Below are positions 1-12,829 of a DNA stretch of 64,000 bases, piece by piece. Where the stretch lies: positions 64,480,001-64,544,000 of the forward strand of contig NC_134471.1 of assembly GCF_964194025.1 (NCBI RefSeq). The letters run 5' to 3'. This stretch comes from Convolutriloba macropyga (taxonomy: Eukaryota). The first letter of the stretch is position 1; each line of letters begins with the position of its first letter. The notes beneath the pieces were generated by a model. That model saw only the letters and a program-made list of their open reading frames with translations, had not been told where the DNA came from and ran no database searches. The position numbers were made by a program, and so were the translations under genes.

Positions 1-3000
1 TTGAAACAAATTTCGGTCCAACGACCTGTGTTATTCGTCACCGTAGCAACTGGAATCAATACGGCTTCTGCTGCGTCCGCGGAGGATGGGTACACCCGAA
101 TTGCACCAACTTACAGTCCATAGAGCAATGGAACAACACGTTCGACTGTAGGCGCTGCTCTTGGTGCAAGACAATAGATGTAAACACAAGGCGAAGTTTC
201 CGCACTCACGACCACACACCTCAAGATTCTTCAACTGAATTGTAATGGTCTCAAACGAAAACTATACAACATGAAAGACTGGATGCGGAAAACACATCCA
301 ATTAGCTGCCATCCAGGAGACCAACCTCAATCAAAAATCCTCCCTCAAAAGCCCACCTGGCTACTGCATAATACAAGACAATAGGCCCAAAGAAAGAGGC
401 AAACGTGGAGGGGTAGCTTTTATCATTAAGTGCAAAATTATGCTTCAAGAACTTAAATTCAAGACTTCTGACAAACACCTAGAAGTTCAAGCCATAGAAC
501 TCAAAGCAGGTGGTTATAACATCAAATTAAGGAACACCTACAAGCCACCTTCGTCTAGCTGTGATGCAGGATACAAGACATCAATCAGTAAACTACTTCG
601 AGTTAGAAGACTGCATTATTGTCGGTGATTTCAATGCTCATAGCCCTCTATGGCACTCGAAATTACCGGAAGACACAGGAGGAAACAATATTGCAAGTGA
701 AATAGACCTCTCTAATCATGTAGTGCTCAACGAAAAAGCCAGCACAAGAGTAACTGACTCTTGTGAAAGCTCCCCGGACATCAGACGGGCCAGCTCAAGG
801 TTAGCAATGAACATCGGCTGGCGCACGGAGTACGCATTAGGCTCAGATCATTTATCAATTGTTCTATCAATCACTTGTGACCTCATCACACACACACAAC
901 ACCACAAAAAACTTTCATCAACTTCCGCAAAGCTGACTGGGCAAGTCGACTTTGAATGAAACTGAAAAAACAACAAAGGCCAACAAATGTCTACAACGCG
1001 GAAAAGAACGTAAGGAATCCACCCCAAAATAACGCAACTAAAGCTTGAAAAAAAACTTGTTCAAAGTCAAAAGCGCAAAAATAGTAGTACAAACACTCTC
1101 TCACAGAGGTAACTGCTCTACACTCTGGAGAACATTGAAAAACTTTCGTAAAGTAACGCCTAACAACCTGCAAACAGAGCCATATAATTTGACGCTAAGA
1201 AAACTACTCCTTACCATGATCCAAGGAAATGCGCCAAGTTTTACCAACAATACACCTCCAAACCAAGAAAATTGAGAAAAAAGAAATACACTAAGAACAA
1301 TAATAAAACTGGAAATAGACGGCAGAATGTTTAAGTGTATCACAGTGAAGAACCTATAAGAGACAAAGAAAAGTAAGACGCTGGGCACAGATAGAATACC
1401 GCCAATCCACTTCCACCATCTAGTCCCCATAGAACATATCTCACTGACACCTAACCTTTCCGTAAACAGTGCAAAAATTCCAAACATCTGGAAAGTTTGC
1501 GAGTTATTCCACTACACAAGCCGGGAAAACCCATAGACCAACCTAAAAGCTTCAGACCAATTGCATTCCTCTCCCCCATTCCAAAACCAACAGAAAAACT
1601 CCTACTGAGTGACTTTATAGAATATCCAATAAAAACATCAGCATGGCTTCAGACCTGAGCACTCCACAACAGCTCTCAACACTACACTAACATTACACAA
1701 AAAGGCCTTAATCAAAAGAAACCCTGCAACAGTACTCTACTAGTAGCCGTAGACCTCAACCCCGCCGTCGACACGGTTGATCACAAACTACTACTAAGAG
1801 ACATACTCGAGGCACCACTACCGAACAGCACTAAAAGATGGGTCGCTTCATAGTTACAGGGCAGATTTTCTCACGTAGAATATAATAATAGAAAATCAAA
1901 GTAGAATACAATAATAAGTCAAAGTCAAACAGGGTGTCCCCCAGGGTGGTGTATTATCGCCAATGCTCTTCAACATTTACATGAGCAAGCTGCCTGTACC
2001 CCTGAAAAGTCTAAACATCACGCTTTACGCTGATGATATAACTTTAAATACGTGACATAATAACTCCATACCTAAATGTTTTACACGACTGGCTAGAATC
2101 AAGAAAACTTAAGTTATCTGCTGAAAAGTCAAGTGCAACGGTGTTCACAACCTGGAGCAACGAGGCCAGGTTTGACCCACACCTCACTATCAGCAATTCA
2201 CCAATACCGGTAAAGTCCAAACTGAAAGTACTTGGTGTTACCTTCGATATTACGCTCATGTAAGAAGCCCAAAAGAGAAATTACAAAAGAGCAATAACAT
2301 ATTGAAAAAGATTGCTGGTAGCGACTGAGGCTGCACAAAAAAGACAATCTCAATGACCTACAAAGCTATTGATCGGAGCGTTCTGAACTACGCTGCTCCC
2401 ATTTGGGCTTCCACGATCAGCAATGCAATTTGGAACCATCTGCAAACGCAAACAAACATTGCTCTTCGCACAATTACTGGCTGTGTAAAAATGTCTGACA
2501 TCAATGGCTTACACAGTGAGGGTAAAATGCTGCCTGTCAAAGCTCACACTGAAATTTTGGCAGAGCAATTCCTAGCCGGCAGTCATGAGAGCAATCGTGC
2601 TGATCATGAAACAACCTCAAACAGTTTTCGTCCCATGAGATTGACACTAAATGATACTTATAGTGACCGCGTTACGCAATACAAACAATACAGAGCAATT
2701 AAAGCAAAGATTACAAAAATGCGCTCAAAAGTATCCACCGACACACGGCCCACACTCAGTTGAACAAAGACAGCAAGTAACTAGGTACACCTCCAAAGAT
2801 AGCAGAAAAACAAACGCTGCCAAGAATTGCACGTATCCGACAAGCACAACTGAGAACTGGATACTGTCCCCTGCTAAACTTTTACTTGGGTAGGATCCGT
2901 GACAATGTTAAAAACTGCTGTCCCAAATGTAATGTAGCACCACATGACTTAAACCACATTTTCAACTGCAGTAAGAACACCACGGACCTGAAATTGACTT

Positions 3001-3349
3001 GTGGGAAAGACCAGTAGAGGTAGCCAAATGGCTGGACTTAATTCCATCAGTCCTGCACGATCACACTGCACAGAATAATCCGCCTTCCGTGCCTCTTTCC
3101 CCTGATGTTGACGATGCCCCTCTTGGTCCCCCTAACCCGGGGGACCGCATGCCATTCACCACGGCGTAGATGCAGAAAGGTCGCCGCACACAAGCAAGTT
3201 GTGGATAGGCAGTCACTCACTACTACTAATATACCTATTATTATTATGATGATACAGATGCAACTAGGGTAACAGTTAAAACGGCAATAAGCGCCTGTAT
3301 CCCGCCAAAACTGCCTGCGAATTACAGTTCTGTGCGACGGCTACAACAA
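1..3349 (+). mobile_element. Decayed APE-type non-LTR retrotransposon (LINE, probably I-group/Ingi-Vingi-like); 5' end lies outside the window
   Basis: Frameshifted motifs in order: ETNFGP (3-20), PHD-like C..WVHPNC..CRRC (27-158), APE endonuclease (ILQLNCNG ~225, IQET, GGVA, VGDFNAH, SDH ~843), RT (FRP at ~1650, GVPQGGVLSPMLFNIYM ~1933, YADDI 2026-2040, KVLGVTFD), YAAPIW, C-terminal CPKC..H..H..C (~2918-2968), 3' end GGCTACAACAA. Many stops and frameshifts. Confidence 0.92.
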
Positions 3350-3549
3350 TATGGTCACGCAAAAATTTTGCTTAAAAAGACCACCACGTTTACAGTAATG
3401 CTTCAAACTACGTTCGAGAGCATTTAAAAAGCGTCTTCTTTATCCAACAATCAATTATACATCTGTCAAAATTACAAATTATTTTGTGCCTCTCTATTAG
3501 ATTCAGCAATGGAAAAAAAACAATGATAAATCCATGGAAAGAATGAAAA

Positions 3550-3719
3550 TTATGATCCTGATTGTATCTTCTTCATGAGTTTTTCCAACTTCATTGCTAC
3601 AAACATATCTCCTTCAATCTTCAACTTTCCACTCATGAAAGCGGAGGTGGAATTCAGTTTCCCTCTTGCCATGTCAATAAAGTCAATTCCACTCAGTTTC
3701 ATTATAACATCACTCTCGA
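3550..3719 (-). CDS. HSDL2: HSDL2 coding exon 4 (C-terminal half of SCP2 domain, stop)
   Basis: Acceptor ttttgtttcag|, SDVIMKL..DF..M..GKLNSTSAFMSGKLKIEGDMFVAMKLEKLM, TAA. Exons sum to 709+153+219+170 = 1251 nt = 416 aa + stop. Confidence 0.92.
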
Positions 3720-5657
3720 CTGAAACAAAATTAGTCGACATCCCCCCATAATTTCAGATAGGTAATAAACCCACGCAGAAAAACCCTATGACTTATTCGG
3801 CCAAGCATCGCGTAGGACTTGATTTGAAACTATCACAAACGTACAAATTATCACGCGCGATGTTCAATGTTAGCATGGGGTATTATTTCCGGTGGGGTTA
3901 TATTTCCTATGAGAATCAGACTGGGTGTTATTTTCTCGGGACGCTTTTTCTTATTGTAAACATCCCAATTCCGTGATCTCTTTAAGCAGAGGCGTTTTGC
4001 TCCTTACAATAGTATGTAACCAAATCACATCGCAGGTCAAATTCATTTTGTCAAATTCATAATCCATAGCCAAGCCAAGAATCCATTTGACATAATAAAC
4101 GTACAACCAAATGTAAATTGTGCCTCATAACATAAGCAAGACCAGAAGCTTTCTTTTTGAACGTAAACGTGGCTAGAGAGATAAGAAAAAGCGAAGGTGT
4201 TAGCAGATACAATAGTTCGAGAGCTGGCGACCAGTTCTTTCGCCTGCTTAGAGCCACTAACAGGTCCAGGAAATAAACCCCCACGAAAACCAAATTTGAA
4301 TTTCAAATTTGAATGCTGCTCGCGATAATTTGTTAGGTTGTGGTAGTAATCCAGAGCACAGTGTCATAAAGCATTAAGATATTGGCTCCAGGACAAGTTC
4401 TCTTGTTTCCAACAAAAAAAATCGACAATCGTGCGCAATAAAATTTCAAAGGTCCAAATCGAACAGCTTTCCTTAGCAATATTAAAAACATACCCGGCAG
4501 ATTGCCGGAAAATAGCCGCCGTTGATTCCAATAAGCACGATTGGGATTGAAAGAATAGAAGATATTGAAAAAAAAAGATTTTTGTACAAAAACATTTTTT
4601 AAGTCCGATTTATTTTGATGGCATTTCGTAGTTGAAGATAACGTACTTCTGTTTCTTAGAGAGAGGCTACAGGGGCTACTATCAATACCAATAAGCATTA
4701 GAGATGGTAACTAAGACTTATAGTAACGACGTTCAAATAGCGGGCATCTAAAATTGGGCTTTATGGGTTTATCCCGTTTCTACTTCTGACTTCAATTTTT
4801 TATACTGACTCTGTTCATTTTGAATTGCTTTGCTGAGCAACTGATGTTCAAAATCACTTTTAGCAGAATGAGAGAAGCGAGAAACTAGTCTAGAGAAGTC
4901 AAAAAGATATCACGCAAAATGTTGAAAAAAAGGCAAAATGAGGTAAAGCGAAAAATTTTTTTATTCGACGAAGTAAAAAAACATAGCAGGACAAGTCCTG
5001 ACGTACAATTCAAAGAATTTTCATTGAAATAACAAACAACTAGACCTAGAACGGACAATGAGTTAATTGGGAAAACCATTTCTAAAAAAATCAGATGAAA
5101 AAAAAACAAAAAAAAAACAGAAAATCAATGTCAAAATGCTGCTAGGGAGAAAAAACCACTAGTGAGATATGTAATTTTGATTCTAACAAAAAACTAGGTC
5201 CAAAATGAGCTGTGAATGGATTGGGAAAACTATTAAGAAAAAAATCCGATCCAAAAAATCGAAAAAACAGTAAAAATCAGAGTGAAATTGCCGCATGTGA
5301 ACAAAAAACCACTAGCGAGAAACCGAATTTTTGTTCAAACACCGTTTTCTCACTCTACTTTAAAATTAGAGCGAAAAAAATTCACGCCGCAAAACCACTC
5401 GCTTTTTCGCTCCATTTCCTGTTTCGACGTGACCAAAATCACTACTCCAATTTGACTTCAAAAATCATGAAAATGTGTGAACAGATCTTAAAAAAAAAAG
5501 ACAGCGCCTCAATACAATTCAAATTCTTTGAATTGTAAAAAAAAAAATAGGAGCGCTATAATAGCCGGCTGAGAAGATGAGGCGGCTATTAAACACAAAA
5601 GCAAATTTAGCTATCTATCTTATCAAACTTGCTAATAACAATTCTGGCAGCCTTTAC

Positions 5658-5876
5658 CTTTGGGAGTTCCTTTTCCAGCTGTTCCTTGCTTCAGGTCCAG
5701 GTAAAATGTGCCAGGCTGGTCTCCGGATAGTTCAAACAAGAACACTTTCCCGATGTCCTCCACAATCTCAGGTGTAATCATAGACTGCATGTGTTTCACT
5801 ACTGACTCTGGGGTATCTGTCTCACTTGACGATGAACTGTCTGAACTTGAAGAAGCACCTTGTTTGATAGATCGCT
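5658..5876 (-). CDS. HSDL2: HSDL2 coding exon 3 (Ser-rich linker + N-terminal half of SCP2 domain)
   Basis: Phase-compatible acceptor gtgtttag| at 5877, VFLFELSGDQPGTFYLDLKQG, donor AAG|GTAAAG at 5657. The 5' boundary is the least certain; the tttag near 5896 is the wrong phase. Confidence 0.82.
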
Positions 5877-8800
5877 CTAAACACATCCATTGTTCCTAAA
5901 TCGCAGTTTATAACAACAAACGCAGTTAATTTCAACTGATTTGAAGCAAATATCTCAAGGTCACTATAATTAATGTCAACTCCTCCTTTGAAATGATGAT
6001 TATCTCATTTAATAGCTATTTATGTTGAAACACTAACATTTTCTATTTTCAGTTGATGTTTAAACTGCAGAGTACACCTTAAAAAATAGATTGAAAAACT
6101 TTTAAAAAATCAAAGGATGATGTTGAAGAACAAGATAACATGCCTTTTCTTATTTGTCGTATGTTCTCTTTTCTATTCGAATAACTCATGCTGGTTAATT
6201 ATATACCTCATCAACTATGAACTTTGGGATAAAAGGGAGAAGGGAGGATTTGTGAAGTCAATCAAGAATCAGAAATAAAGAACGGAAGATAGAGTGGTAA
6301 AAAAGACAATTCTTAATCAGTCTTCGTTATAGCTACTCGAGGGTCCGCAGCCAAGATGACTGCTAAAGACCCTAGATTATAGGCAAATATCAAATTCCAG
6401 CGAACATTTGTATCCTTATCTCACACTTTACAAGGGAGTCTTCTCTGAAAATTGTCACCCAATGAGCGGGACAACCAGTACTGATTCATTTTTGACGTCC
6501 CGCCCAATGAGGGGGAGCGCAAAATTTTTTTTGTTTTATCATATGGGTTGTTCCGAGAGTAACTCCTTTGATGATTGGAACTGAGCTGATAATAACAACA
6601 ATGATCAGCTGCGAACCAAGATTTTACACTTATTGATGAACTAATCAATTTAAATTTTTCCAAAAATTCTTTGTTTTTTCTTCTTATGTTCTGGCTTATA
6701 GTGTTTCATTTTTATGTTCTGGTTTCAAATATGCCATATTATATCAATTTTGTGAACCTCGAGTAAAAAAAACACAACTAAATAACACGGATTTCAGAGT
6801 TAACGTTAAGTATTCGGAGAAAAATAAAAAATTGAAGATTTCTACGTTTCAAACGTTTTTCTTATTGTAAATGACTTATCACCTTATAAACGATGTGACT
6901 GATGATATTTTTCAACGTCCGTATCATAGAGAGAGATTGAGTTTTCAGGTCAGTCGAGAATCGGAAACCAGCAAAATATTGCTTTTGCTTAAGAAAAGTA
7001 GAAATAAATCAACTTTCAAGACATTGAGATATATTTTTCTCAATTTAAGTATACTGCAATCTTTTCCTTGAAAACCAGCTGCTAATCAATGATAGGTAAA
7101 TTGGAGAGCTCAAGTTTTGCGAAAAATTTACAAAGTGGAGTTGAAAGAGTTGCTTTTCTCAATTGAAAAAAAATTGTGGTTCTTTTTTTCATATCTAACA
7201 CTGTAAAAAGTAAGCCCTGAACCGTCCGTGGTTTTTCTGGTTATTCCATGCACTCGCAAAAATTAAGAGAAATTAAACAATTTTCACATTTTTCTGAAAT
7301 CATTTGATGTTTTCATATTCAGAAAATATATGCTGATTAACCCCTATACTGTATTTGACTGAAAATGTTAAGCATCTGGAGATCAACTGGATAAATTTAT
7401 TCTGAAAACCAATGTAAATCAGGGAGTCAACAAGATACTCTACTCTAATCCTCTTAAGAAACAATTTTTTCCGTTATTCTTGTTTCAGATATCTATTTCT
7501 TCAGTTTTACGAAATTAAGGGTGTAACATCAATGCATCTTTTTCTCTAAAAACGATTTTGATCATTGTTTTTCTCATTTGAAATAAAATACGCCCATGTT
7601 TCTGTACCGATAAATTTTACACTTTTTGAAGTTTATTCACGAATCCAAAAAAGGAACCTAGTTGATAGTTAGCTGTATTTTTTCATCGTTCTCCAAAAAT
7701 ATATTTTCTCAAGTTTATCAGGTTTTTCACAATAGTTCAATAGCTCTCCGGGATCTATTCTGTTTGTTTTGCATCCCCCCGCTTAGTGGGCTTATATATT
7801 TCACGCCACCAGGCACATGTGCTTTTTTACATTGTAACGTTCTATATAACAGCATATAATTAACGGGTGGGGGGGGGGGGGGGGGGGGTTGCGGTAAAAC
7901 ACTGGGGGAACAGAATAGATCCGCGCACCGTTACTGTCGAGCCAAAATAGAGAAATTAATGAGAAGTTGTGATACAGTTCACCTCCAGTTTCTATTTTTT
8001 ACAAAAACAGAGCGTCTGTTTATACTAAACTGGATTCCAATATTTAGCAATTTTTTCTCTTTCGGTTATATCAGCATTCAATTAACTTACAAAAAAACTA
8101 AATTAGATAACTATATGAAGCCATAGAGCTCAGGAAAAATGAAAAGCGGTTGTAGTTGCTTTCAGTTTATTGTATTTTGAAATCTTTGTTCCGACCCCAC
8201 TTGTGGGGAGAGGAACTATATACTCAAATGGTTTTTTTTTGTTCAGTCAATTTTGGCCGATCGATATATTCATCGCAGAGAAATGTGAGTGGTATCATTA
8301 AAAAGCTGGTCCAGCGTAGAATTCAAAATTAAAACGATTTTTTTTATTTTCGTTTGTTCGAGGAGTTATCGCGGATTGGAGTTTTGTGTGAACACGGGAT
8401 ATTTGTTCACTTTTAGTGTGATTTTTCTTCAAATTATATTTTCTATAAAAATAGTATATCAAACTTAAATTTCTTGCCAAAAAATGAACCAATTTCGTGT
8501 TCCTAATAGACTAAAGGCGATAAAAAAAACTAGTTCTGGTCTCATAGGGAGCTTCAATATCAAGAAAACTCGAAATCTATTTGAGAGCTCTTTTTTTTTA
8601 TAAAACTTTTCTACTTTTCTTTGCTTTTTAAGTCACCTAGAGACAAGTCAATTTTCATATCGAGGTTCCATTAAAGTCAAATGAAGCCCAATGAACAAAA
8701 AAATCGTTTTCAAGGAACTGCTCACGTTTTTTTTAAATTCGACTGAGTTTTCGTAATTTTTAATAAAATTTTGAATTGCTTTTTGAGGTTTTACTAATTT

Positions 8801-8894
8801 TTTAGTAGTCTTATGGCATGGACTCATTGACTAACAGTGCAATATGTTCCGTAATGAGATTTAAGTGAGCATATCTAGTGCTTTGAGTGGACAG

Positions 8895-10560
8895 CTAATG
8901 GCTGTTAAGACTTTCGATCATTAATTTTTTCGAACATTAACCAATCATAATTTTATTATCGTGAACTGTAAGTCAGTCTCTGTGATGACAGCACCCTCTT
9001 CCGTCCTACTGTAACCAAATTTGATCTAGCCGGCGGTTTTATCTTCTATTTTTAGTAATATGATTTCAATGACACAAGACCACAAAAAGTTTAAAAATTT
9101 TTTTTTTGGATATTTCCAGATTATTGGTTACTTTTGAAATCTTATCCCAATATACTAAAATTGACAGCTCTTATTGACGTTCAGTGTTTCAAAAAGACGT
9201 TTATTGGATCAGATAAGTTTTCAGAGAAAAGCTTATGGTTTCAGATGGCTTCGACCTTTTCTTCTTGCACTTCTCTAGTGAATTTTTGGTCTTTGCCTGA
9301 TTTTGTTGTTGTTGTCATAGTCATAAGATTTGTTGTGACATCTTATTGATCACCTATGCATGAAAAACATCCCCATACTCCTACTGAAGCATATTTGAGC
9401 ATATTTTACGACTTCCGTTCAAATTTATTGAATTTAATGGCTGTTAAGAATTTAAAAAATAATTTTTCGAAAATTTTTTTTGAACATTAACCAATCTTAA
9501 AATTTTCCTGAACTGTTACTCAGTCTCAAAATTGACAGAACCCAATTGCTTTCTACTGAAACTAAAATAAATTTCGTTTGCAGTTTTATCTTCTTACTAT
9601 TGATTATATGACTTCAATATCACAAGAATTCAATTTTTTTTTTTTTAATTTTGGATGTTTTTGTATTATTGGTTAGTTTTGAACTCTTATCACATTATCC
9701 AAATATTATACACATCCAAAAATTATTTTAATCCAATTGGCTTGGAAAAGACATTCAGTGGATTACAGATAAAGTTTTCAGAGAAAAGCTAATGGTTTAA
9801 ATATCTTCGAAATATTATTGGCATTATTGGCCAAAAAATCTCGAACTTTTCTACTGAATTTTTGTTTTTCGCATGTTTTTGTGGTTGTTTTCATAATCTT
9901 AGGACTTATTGCGATCCCTTATTGATTACTTGTGTATGACAAATATCTTTTTCGTACCATCGCGTTATTTCTGAGCGTAGTTATTGACCTCCGTTAAAAG
10001 CTTTTTGAGTTTAATGGCTTTTAAGACTTTAAAAAAAGTTTTTCGAAATTTTTTTTGAACATTAACCGATCCTAAACTTTTTCGTATACTGTTAGTCATT
10101 CTTAGTACTTACAGGATCCGTCCTTAATTCTAATGCAGCCAAAAATAATCTGGTTAGCGGTTTTATCTTCTACCTATTAGTTTTAAACCTTCAATGCCGC
10201 TAGTTTTCATATTTTTTTTCGGGTACTTTTTTTATTTTTGGATGCTTTTGAAATGTTATCACATTATCCTATTACTGATAGTTTTCATTGGTTTAGGGAA
10301 GACGTTCAACGGACCATATATAAAGTTTTCAGAAAGAACTTATGATTTATATGGCTTCGACACTTTCTTCTGGCACTTTTTTTGCTGAATTTTTGGTTGT
10401 TGCCTGTCTTTGTAGTTGGTTTCATCTTCAATAACTTGTTGTAAGGCATTATTGGCCAAAAATGAATGGCCAACAAACTTGTTGTCCCATGGAGGCAAAA
10501 TTTAGCGTATTTAGTGGATTCCGTTGAAAGCTAATGAAATTAATGGCGTTGATACTACGA
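8895..10560 (+). repeat. Three diverged tandem units of ~540-575 bp in HSDL2 intron 2, probably derived from a CR1/L2 endonuclease region
   Basis: Anchor TAATGGCTGTTAAGA recurs at ~8897, ~9436, ~10012 and (diverged) ~10541; GTTTTATCTTCT and AAGTTTTCAGA recur in register; residual DFN and DH codons. Confidence 0.75.
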
Positions 10561-11300
10561 GTTTTCTCAAAAATTGTCAAATTCTTTTCGTCAAATTCAA
10601 AATACAAAATCTTTTCGTCAAATTGTAACTTATTTTCATCAATGAGAGTTCACATCCAATTTCTTGTATTCCTAAAAAACATCTACTGATATTATTTGTT
10701 ACCGATGCTTTGTTTGTTGGACAATATGCGTTTTCATAAACGTTTTTTGAAAGGTCATTTTTTGCGCTTCTTTTCTTTCAGAACAATCGCGTAGTAACAG
10801 ATCCCAATGGTTTACAAATTTGGCCCAAATAAACTTATTTAATCTCTCAGTATATTTCCTGCAGCTGAATTAGTAGAAAAAAGAATTGAATTAAAAATAC
10901 ATAATATTCAGATAATAGCTAATGATTTTAATGTTAGCAATAGTTTGTATTTTCGCAAATAGTTTTAAACATTTCAGGTTTTTCTTTAGTTCGTCTCTAA
11001 GGCTTAAACTACCCAAAGACAAGGTTTTTTAGTTTTGTAGTAACTTTTTGGTAATTTGTCAAGGATTTTTTCGTTAAAAGCTAATTTTTGAATTTCGCCT
11101 CATTGTTCGTTCTCTTTGTCGACTTATTATCTAGTCTCATTAAGAAAGCTTTCCATCTGCTGTTTAGTTAGGAAAAATTAAATTTGAGTAGTTAAGGATT
11201 TATCTGACTGCATTTTGACGTTGTTACTATGTGCTTTTAAATTTTGATATTCAGTTTTTGCCGTGAAGTTTTTGTTTTTGCTATTTTTTGGTTGTTTTTT
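10560..11300 (+). mobile_element. Highly decayed CR1/L2-like ORF2 remnant continuing from the tandem units
   Basis: GATTTATCTGACTGCATTTTGACGTTGTT at ~11197 resembles frameshifted RT motif DLS.AFD.V. Confidence 0.4.
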
Positions 11301-11650
11301 TTTGTCTCGTAGTCTCTTCAAGGTCAAACCTCATTGGCGCGGTAATAAGGCATGGCATTATGTAATTCAATTAGTAGATAGGTTGTGTAACGATTGCTTT
11401 AGCTCAAACATCTATTTTTGTTATTTCTTCACTTGGTTGACAATTAAGTCGAAAATGTCGATGAGCTCGGGTCGGAACATCATGTGCGAACGCACATTAA
11501 TGAGCCGCCTAGTTTCCTTTATAAAACTAATTTTAAATTTGGTTTGAACATAAACCAACTGACATTGGACAAATTGATTTTTTACGACAGGTATAGCAAT
11601 TTAATTCAAGGAGGGCTGAAGCCTAGATAACTTTATGGGTGCAAAACAAT

Positions 11651-11724
11651 TGCACAGGTGAAGGGTTCGAACCCGCAACTTCCCGTATAGAAATCTGATA
11701 CCATAACCACTCAGCTATTCCGGC
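11651..11724 (-). pseudogene. tRNA-derived sequence (SINE head or tRNA pseudogene)
   Basis: Minus strand GCCGGAATAGCTGAGTGG (A box)...GCGGGTTCGAACCC (B box) at tRNA spacing; acceptor and anticodon stems are poorly paired. Confidence 0.7.
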
Positions 11725-12253
11725 TTTGCTTTCGTATTTACAATCGACTTTATAATAGCAGCCGATTTTATTTCGGACTAACAGCAAAGCGTAAAAAGCT
11801 CAAAAACATTCAAGCAATTTTTTTTTAAAAGACAGACGTTTACAAGTATCGCCTCAAACTTCGTTCGAGAGCAATTAGTAAAATTACCTCATGCAGTATG
11901 AACATCAATAGTAATTAAATATCTTCTACAAAACTACACTCAATCTTTATATGTGGGGGGTATAAACTCCTCTCCTCTCCTCCCCCACCCCCAAAAAAAA
12001 ATATAAAGATTGTTTCCCTTCTCATTTTGGTTTATTGAAAATAGCTTCGAAAAGCGTCAAAATCACGCGCTTCTCTTTTTAGAAATTGGAACAATTTTAG
12101 AGATAATCATGGATTTTGAATTGTTGGAAGAATTGTCACGTCCTTAACTATTTTACCCAAATTAATGTTCTCACGCGTAGATTTGCTTATTTTTAGAGAC
12201 ACCTTTTAAATCAAAGTCATTTTAGTAACTAGTTGACGAATTAATATACTGAC

Positions 12254-12406
12254 CGTGTTGGATAGCAAGAGCTTCTGCCTCTGGACTGTCAACAAAGAAG
12301 TCAGGCATCAATTTGGCGCCTGGCTTGTGAGAATAGTGATCTAAGTCCTTCACGCCCACGTCCTGAAGAACTTCCTCATCTATCGCGAAGTTGCCAGTGA
12401 AAGAAC
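12254..12406 (-). CDS. HSDL2: HSDL2 coding exon 2
   Basis: Acceptor tttcag|, SFTGNFAIDEEVL..GVKDLDHYS..PGAKLMPDFFVD, donor G|GTCAGT; phase 1/1, 153 nt. Confidence 0.92.
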
Positions 12407-12829
12407 CTGAAATATTGCATCGATAGTAAGTTCTTCCCTTACCCGATATGACCATTAATCATTTACCGCGCAATTCAACTTAAAAAATCGGAAATTTTCT
12501 TTCAATTACAATATTCGAAATGCTAACTCCGAAGTTCCTTCAATCTTGTACACACCGCTTAAATCAATTAAGCTCATTTTCACTAAAAACGTGAGACCTA
12601 GATAATTACCACAGTTAAAATTTTGCTCACTTCTATAGACTCAGAACGCGATAAACCGCTTAACATAAAGTAATTGTGCTGTTTTTGCATTTCGTGGCCA
12701 GATCATCTACTGTGTTCTAACTTGATTGTGACGTACATTTTCGTCTGCCCAATGGACTTTAACCTCAAATTGTCTAATTTTTTGAACTATACTAGCGTCC
12801 TTTATTATTCAACATGCTGAACTGTAGGT

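Noticed and set aside
5561-5592. Hairpin AATAGCCG..CGGCTATT with CTGAGAAGA loop as a hammerhead
   Set aside because: No GAAA half-core or third stem; an isolated 8-bp hairpin.
7862-7890. Poly-G tract as a regulatory G-quadruplex
   Set aside because: A simple homopolymer in an intron with no supporting context; its length is also error-prone.
11651-11724. Functional tRNA gene
   Set aside because: Acceptor and anticodon stems do not pair properly; only the promoter boxes are preserved.
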